A DNA stretch of 64,000 nt, taken from NCBI GenBank assembly GCA_002633005.1, contig NMRA01000077.1, forward strand, positions 951,045 through 1,015,044. Direction: 5' to 3'. The notes below the pieces were generated by a model that saw nothing but the letters and a program-made list of their open reading frames with translations, was not told the origin of the DNA and did not search any database. A program made the translations under genes and the position numbers. Numbering within the stretch: the stretch's first letter is position 1; the number at the start of each line of letters is the position of its first letter. This DNA is from Phoronis australis. Taxonomy: Eukaryota > Animalia > Phoronida. Below are positions 60,201 through 64,000 of this stretch, piece after piece.

Positions 60201-62081
60201 TAGACCTTGGGTCAACAATCTGTCTCTCCTCAAAGGCTTCAATAAACTCTTTTAGTCTAAAATCGTCGTAGAACAAAGTGTCCCTGAAAAGACAATATAC
60301 CGTAATTACAGCAAAACAGTCCACAAGGAAAGGCTTAAAACTCAACAAAAAAGTTTATAACTATTGTCACATTTCACAGGTTCAGAAATTCAGCATCTAA
60401 ATACATCCATTGACAACAGCAGCAATGAAAAGCATTGAAATTCACCAATGTCTGCGCTGCCAGCGGCATGCTTCTTGGGTTGTTTATTAGAATCGTAAAA
60501 TAATATATAAAATAATATATAAAATAAAAAGGCCACTAGGGAATATAGCACACCTGTAAGTAAAATCTGTCTGGAACAAGGCAAGTGCTGTCATCTCCTT
60601 TATAGAAACTTATTTGACAAATTTCCATTTAGGAACTTGACAGATTTAGAACCATACGCAAAGAAAACCTACTCACAATTAATGTCAGGTGTACCCAGAT
60701 ACCAAATTTCATGATCCACTGTCTTGAGAAACTTAGAGATAAAGGCAAAAAGAAATTTACTGGAAGGGGTGCCATAGTGGTTGGACCCATCAGAAAATCA
60801 ATGTCAGTTGTGATAAGAACACATCTGTAAAATTTCACGAGGATCCTTCATTAAGCGCTTTCAAACTGTTGAATAGAGAGGCAGATGCCAAAAAGACGCA
60901 AATATAATAAAAATGGCCATTAGGGTGCGCAGAATACATTGAATCCATCCAGAAATGGCAAGTGTCGCTGCCTCTTTAATAGAAACTTCCTAGACAAATT
61001 TTATGAAAATACACAAGGAACTTGTTAGGTATAGAGGCATAAACATAGACAAGCTGATATGCAGCAGTTCGACCTGTTCTAATTCATAGTCAGCCATGCT
61101 CATCTCAATAGGACCACATCTGTGAAATTTCATGATGATCCTTTGAGTAGTTTGACGGATAGAGGTGGACACCAAAAACATGCAAAAATAATGAAAAAGG
61201 ACATCAAGTTCCTTTTGATGAATTTCATGAAAATCCAAGGAACTTGGTGGATATAGCGGATAACATAAAAATAAAATTGCCACTAGGGGGCGCAAATGTA
61301 GTAGAATTTTCTCGAGAATTCACTCGTGGCATCTACTCAATTATGGCAACATGTCTGTAAAATTTCACAAACATCCTGTCCATCAAGGCAGTGGTCACTG
61401 GATAGATGTGACGTCATGTGGGCCCATAAAAATGAATGCATTTAAAGTTTGAGGTTACATCACAGCATTAAAAACTGCTCATTTGCAATACTGCAACATC
61501 TAGTCCAGTCTTCAGGCATACTAGTAATGCAGTTCAAATAAGTTACAGTAAGAACGTGTCCAAGACAGAAAGATCACTGGTGTTAGAGGTGATAGGTTGT
61601 AATATAACCATGAGTGATACGGCTTGTGGCAGCAACTAGAAGAACACAGGAGTGCCCTTGATTGCACTGATACTATTATATTGACTCATTTACAGCATTT
61701 TGTTTACAAACCATGAACTCAGATACAAAGTTAATGACTTCAACCAGTGACCAGACTGACAACTGGGAGACTGAGGCAACACAATACAGTAATTCTAGCA
61801 TAATTCTAACAATTACACTAGCTACCTTTGCAAACTACAACAGTTACTGTACAATTCCTGCATAGCACCTATCAAACCTAGGTGATCTGCTATTGATGCA
61901 TAACATTCCTCATTGGTAAGCAATAAGCTCGGTGGGGAGTCATAGTTTCATTTCATTGTACTATAAGGTCATGAACTCCAAGGTCAAGGGTTAAAACTTA
62001 CCCAGCAATAACCAGCAGGTGGTCCTCTATGTTGAACTGTTTCACAATCAGTTCTATTCCTCCAATTGCACCGAGTCTGCC
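57167..62081 (-). CDS. Sugar-phosphate nucleotidyltransferase (NTP_transferase family, resembling the N-terminal domain of animal glucuronokinase/uridyl pyrophosphorylase), 3' part: 5 exons
   Basis: Exons 62081-62002, 60283-60168, 59547-59381, 57846-57788, 57266-57167 splice in phase to GRLGAIGGIELIVKQFNIEDHLLVIAGDTLFYDDFRLKEFIEAFEERQIVDPRSSLVVYVNCPDEVVHKYGILETDDGGKVINFLEKPQPTATLSRKQCPCFYLLSNHSLPLLSQFLLEKKDEPLKNRDATGNFISYLYTRLPLYTLPLTGRFDVGGLESYKICNEYFSKKSQ*. Family motifs are L.V..GD, YGI.E, F.EKP and RFDVG. The 5' exons lie in the gap or beyond the window. Confidence 0.88.
57345..57542. repeat. Degenerate tandem repeat (about 45-50 bp unit)
   Basis: Recurring tagcct(a/g)gtcagg...aataa...tatgatac. 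Confidence 0.6.
57788..57846 (-). CDS. Nucleotidyltransferase exon
   Basis: DEPLKNRDATGNFISYLYT(R); acceptor tttctag; donor gtaagt. Confidence 0.86.
59091..59288. repeat. About 99-bp tandem duplication
   Basis: gcaatacctggcaccaaggc...tttgtgcaaa.gatgtattttatata occurs twice. Confidence 0.85.
59381..59547 (-). CDS. Nucleotidyltransferase exon (EKP motif)
   Basis: HKYGILETDDGGKVINFLEKP...CPCFYLL...LEKK; acceptor cttgcag; donor gtttgt. Confidence 0.9.
59826..59971. repeat. About 37-bp degenerate tandem repeat, 4 copies
   Basis: attatggcttgt..aggagta.ctcaactc. Confidence 0.8.
60168..60283 (-). CDS. Nucleotidyltransferase exon
   Basis: DTLFYDDFRLKEF...YVNCPDE; acceptor ttttcag; donor gtgatt. 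Confidence 0.87.
60490..61432 (+). mobile_element. Older, diverged HINE-like copy
   Basis: Core motifs (ggccactaggg, ttgccactagggggcgc) and 3' end catgtgggcccataaaaa. Confidence 0.65.
62002..62081 (-). CDS. Nucleotidyltransferase exon
   Basis: GRLGAIGGIELIVKQFNIEDHLLVIA(G); acceptor catgcag; donor gtaagt. Confidence 0.86.
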
Positions 62082-62463
62082 CTGCATGAGCACAAGAAGC
62101 AAGAATACACGTTGCAATTATTTTAAATACTTTTCAAATTTCAAAGAGGCGATGAATTCAAACATGAACCATGGAAAATATTGTTATACAATAACTGGGG
62201 CAAGACGGCCATCCTTATTCAATACATAGCTACATTCATAAGAGCATGGCACTGATTTCCAGACTTGGTTAGTCTCAGACATTTCCATAAATTTGGGCAC
62301 TAAAGTATGCATGTGCTAGCTTAATTTTCTGTTAGCTTTAACTTCTTCTATTGATAAGATATTTTCAAGGACTAAATTTTCTCAGCAGAGATATCCTTTT
62401 TCAAAATCAAACACTACAAAACACTCAATTTCAAATTTGAGAAATTGGAATCACTATCTACAT

Positions 62464-63280
62464 NNNNNNNNNNNNNNNNNNNNNNNNNNNNNNNNNNNNN
62501 NNNNNNNNNNNNNNNNNNNNNNNNNNNNNNNNNNNNNNNNNNNNNNNNNNNNNNNNNNNNNNNNNNNNNNNNNNNNNNNNNNNNNNNNNNNNNNNNNNNN
62601 NNNNNNNNNNNNNNNNNNNNNNNNNNNNNNNNNNNNNNNNNNNNNNNNNNNNNNNNNNNNNNNNNNNNNNNNNNNNNNNNNNNNNNNNNNNNNNNNNNNN
62701 NNNNNNNNNNNNNNNNNNNNNNNNNNNNNNNNNNNNNNNNNNNNNNNNNNNNNNNNNNNNNNNNNNNNNNNNNNNNNNNNNNNNNNNNNNNNNNNNNNNN
62801 NNNNNNNNNNNNNNNNNNNNNNNNNNNNNNNNNNNNNNNNNNNNNNNNNNNNNNNNNNNNNNNNNNNNNNNNNNNNNNNNNNNNNNNNNNNNNNNNNNNN
62901 NNNNNNNNNNNNNNNNNNNNNNNNNNNNNNNNNNNNNNNNNNNNNNNNNNNNNNNNNNNNNNNNNNNNNNNNNNNNNNNNNNNNNNNNNNNNNNNNNNNN
63001 NNNNNNNNNNNNNNNNNNNNNNNNNNNNNNNNNNNNNNNNNNNNNNNNNNNNNNNNNNNNNNNNNNNNNNNNNNNNNNNNNNNNNNNNNNNNNNNNNNNN
63101 NNNNNNNNNNNNNNNNNNNNNNNNNNNNNNNNNNNNNNNNNNNNNNNNNNNNNNNNNNNNNNNNNNNNNNNNNNNNNNNNNNNNNNNNNNNNNNNNNNNN
63201 NNNNNNNNNNNNNNNNNNNNNNNNNNNNNNNNNNNNNNNNNNNNNNNNNNNNNNNNNNNNNNNNNNNNNNNNNNNNNNNN
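62464..63280. other. Assembly gap
   Basis: Run of N. Confidence 1.
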
Positions 63281-63560
63281 AAAGATGATGACGAAGATGA
63301 CGAATATGACGACGATGGTGGCGAGGATGAACAAAAGAAGTAATAATAACATACACATGACAAACGTAGAAGTCCGAAATCAGTAAGAAAAAGGCTACAG
63401 TCTTGAGCGACACTTGGCGAAATTAACGGAAAAGACAACGACGGAGATGATGACGAAGATGATGACGAATATGATGATGGTGGTGGCGATGATGAACAAC
63501 ATCACAACATTCATATGACAAACTTAGATGTCATAAATTAATAAGAAATAGGCTACAGTC
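63281..63560. repeat. Diverged tandem repeat (about 160-175 bp) with GAT/GAC triplets, abutting the gap
   Basis: agatgatgacgaagatga...atgacaaac.taga.gtc...aagaaa.aggctacagtct occurs twice. Confidence 0.75.
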
Positions 63561-64000
63561 TAGTTCAATAGAAGATAAACCAACATCAATGCAGCAAGAG
63601 CGCTCAACAAAGGAACAGCGTTATCAGAAAATCTCAAATAACTCAAAAAGTAAACGCCCTAGCGAAAAATGGAAAACATCTTCTGAAAGCCCGTTCAAAA
63701 TTCTATCTAAACTGATAGTATCGCCTAATTCCGTAAATTTTTCGAAAAAAATGAAATTTTGCGTTTCTTTAAGTAATTCAAAGTCAAATAACTCGAAAAC
63801 GGTAAGCCTGAGAAAAAAATTGTTAGGGGCCATTTGAAACAATATACCTCAAAGAATCCAAATGCAAAATATCACGTCTTTTTCTCTTCCCGTTTAAAAT
63901 CGCACTCCAGCACGACTGAAAATGGGTCAATATGCACCAGATCCGCCATCTCGAAAACAACTTCCGGTTTTTTGGCTTTGTATAATAGCATGTCACAAGA

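Noticed and set aside
3018-62081. Idea that AS3MT-like, COASY and the nucleotidyltransferase form a metabolic gene cluster (e.g. arsenosugar synthesis)
   Set aside because: The genes are differently oriented, separated by a housekeeping RNA-export gene and tens of kb of repeats, with no shared pathway evidence; only conserved synteny plus co-expression would revive the idea.

Overview
Repeat-rich, AT-rich eukaryotic DNA with GT-AG introns, most likely from an invertebrate animal (inference), containing three assembly gaps. Four intron-containing genes were reconstructed by hand from splice sites and reading-frame continuity: (1) the last four exons of an arsenite methyltransferase-like (AS3MT-like) gene on +; (2) a complete 9-exon SARNP/CIP29/Tho1 gene on - (252 aa); (3) a complete COASY bifunctional CoA synthase on + (8 coding exons, 536 aa), head-to-head with SARNP; (4) the last five exons of a stand-alone sugar-phosphate nucleotidyltransferase on -. 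Introns and intergenic DNA hold a decayed DIRS retrotransposon, about eight copies of a Helentron/HINE-like element, Kolobok-, hAT-, Harbinger- and Merlin/MULE-like non-autonomous DNA elements, a tRNA-derived SINE, RNase H and Penelope fragments, and several minisatellites. Best leads: COASY ends in a PTS1-type tripeptide (SKM); the AS3MT-like protein has Gly at the conserved GEC catalytic cysteine; the HINE-like repeat carries arrays of CTCF-consensus motifs spaced about 140-160 bp apart; and SARNP has seven DDX39B-binding-type motifs. I found no convincing wholly new multi-gene system. Gene identities rest on remembered family motifs, not on database searches.
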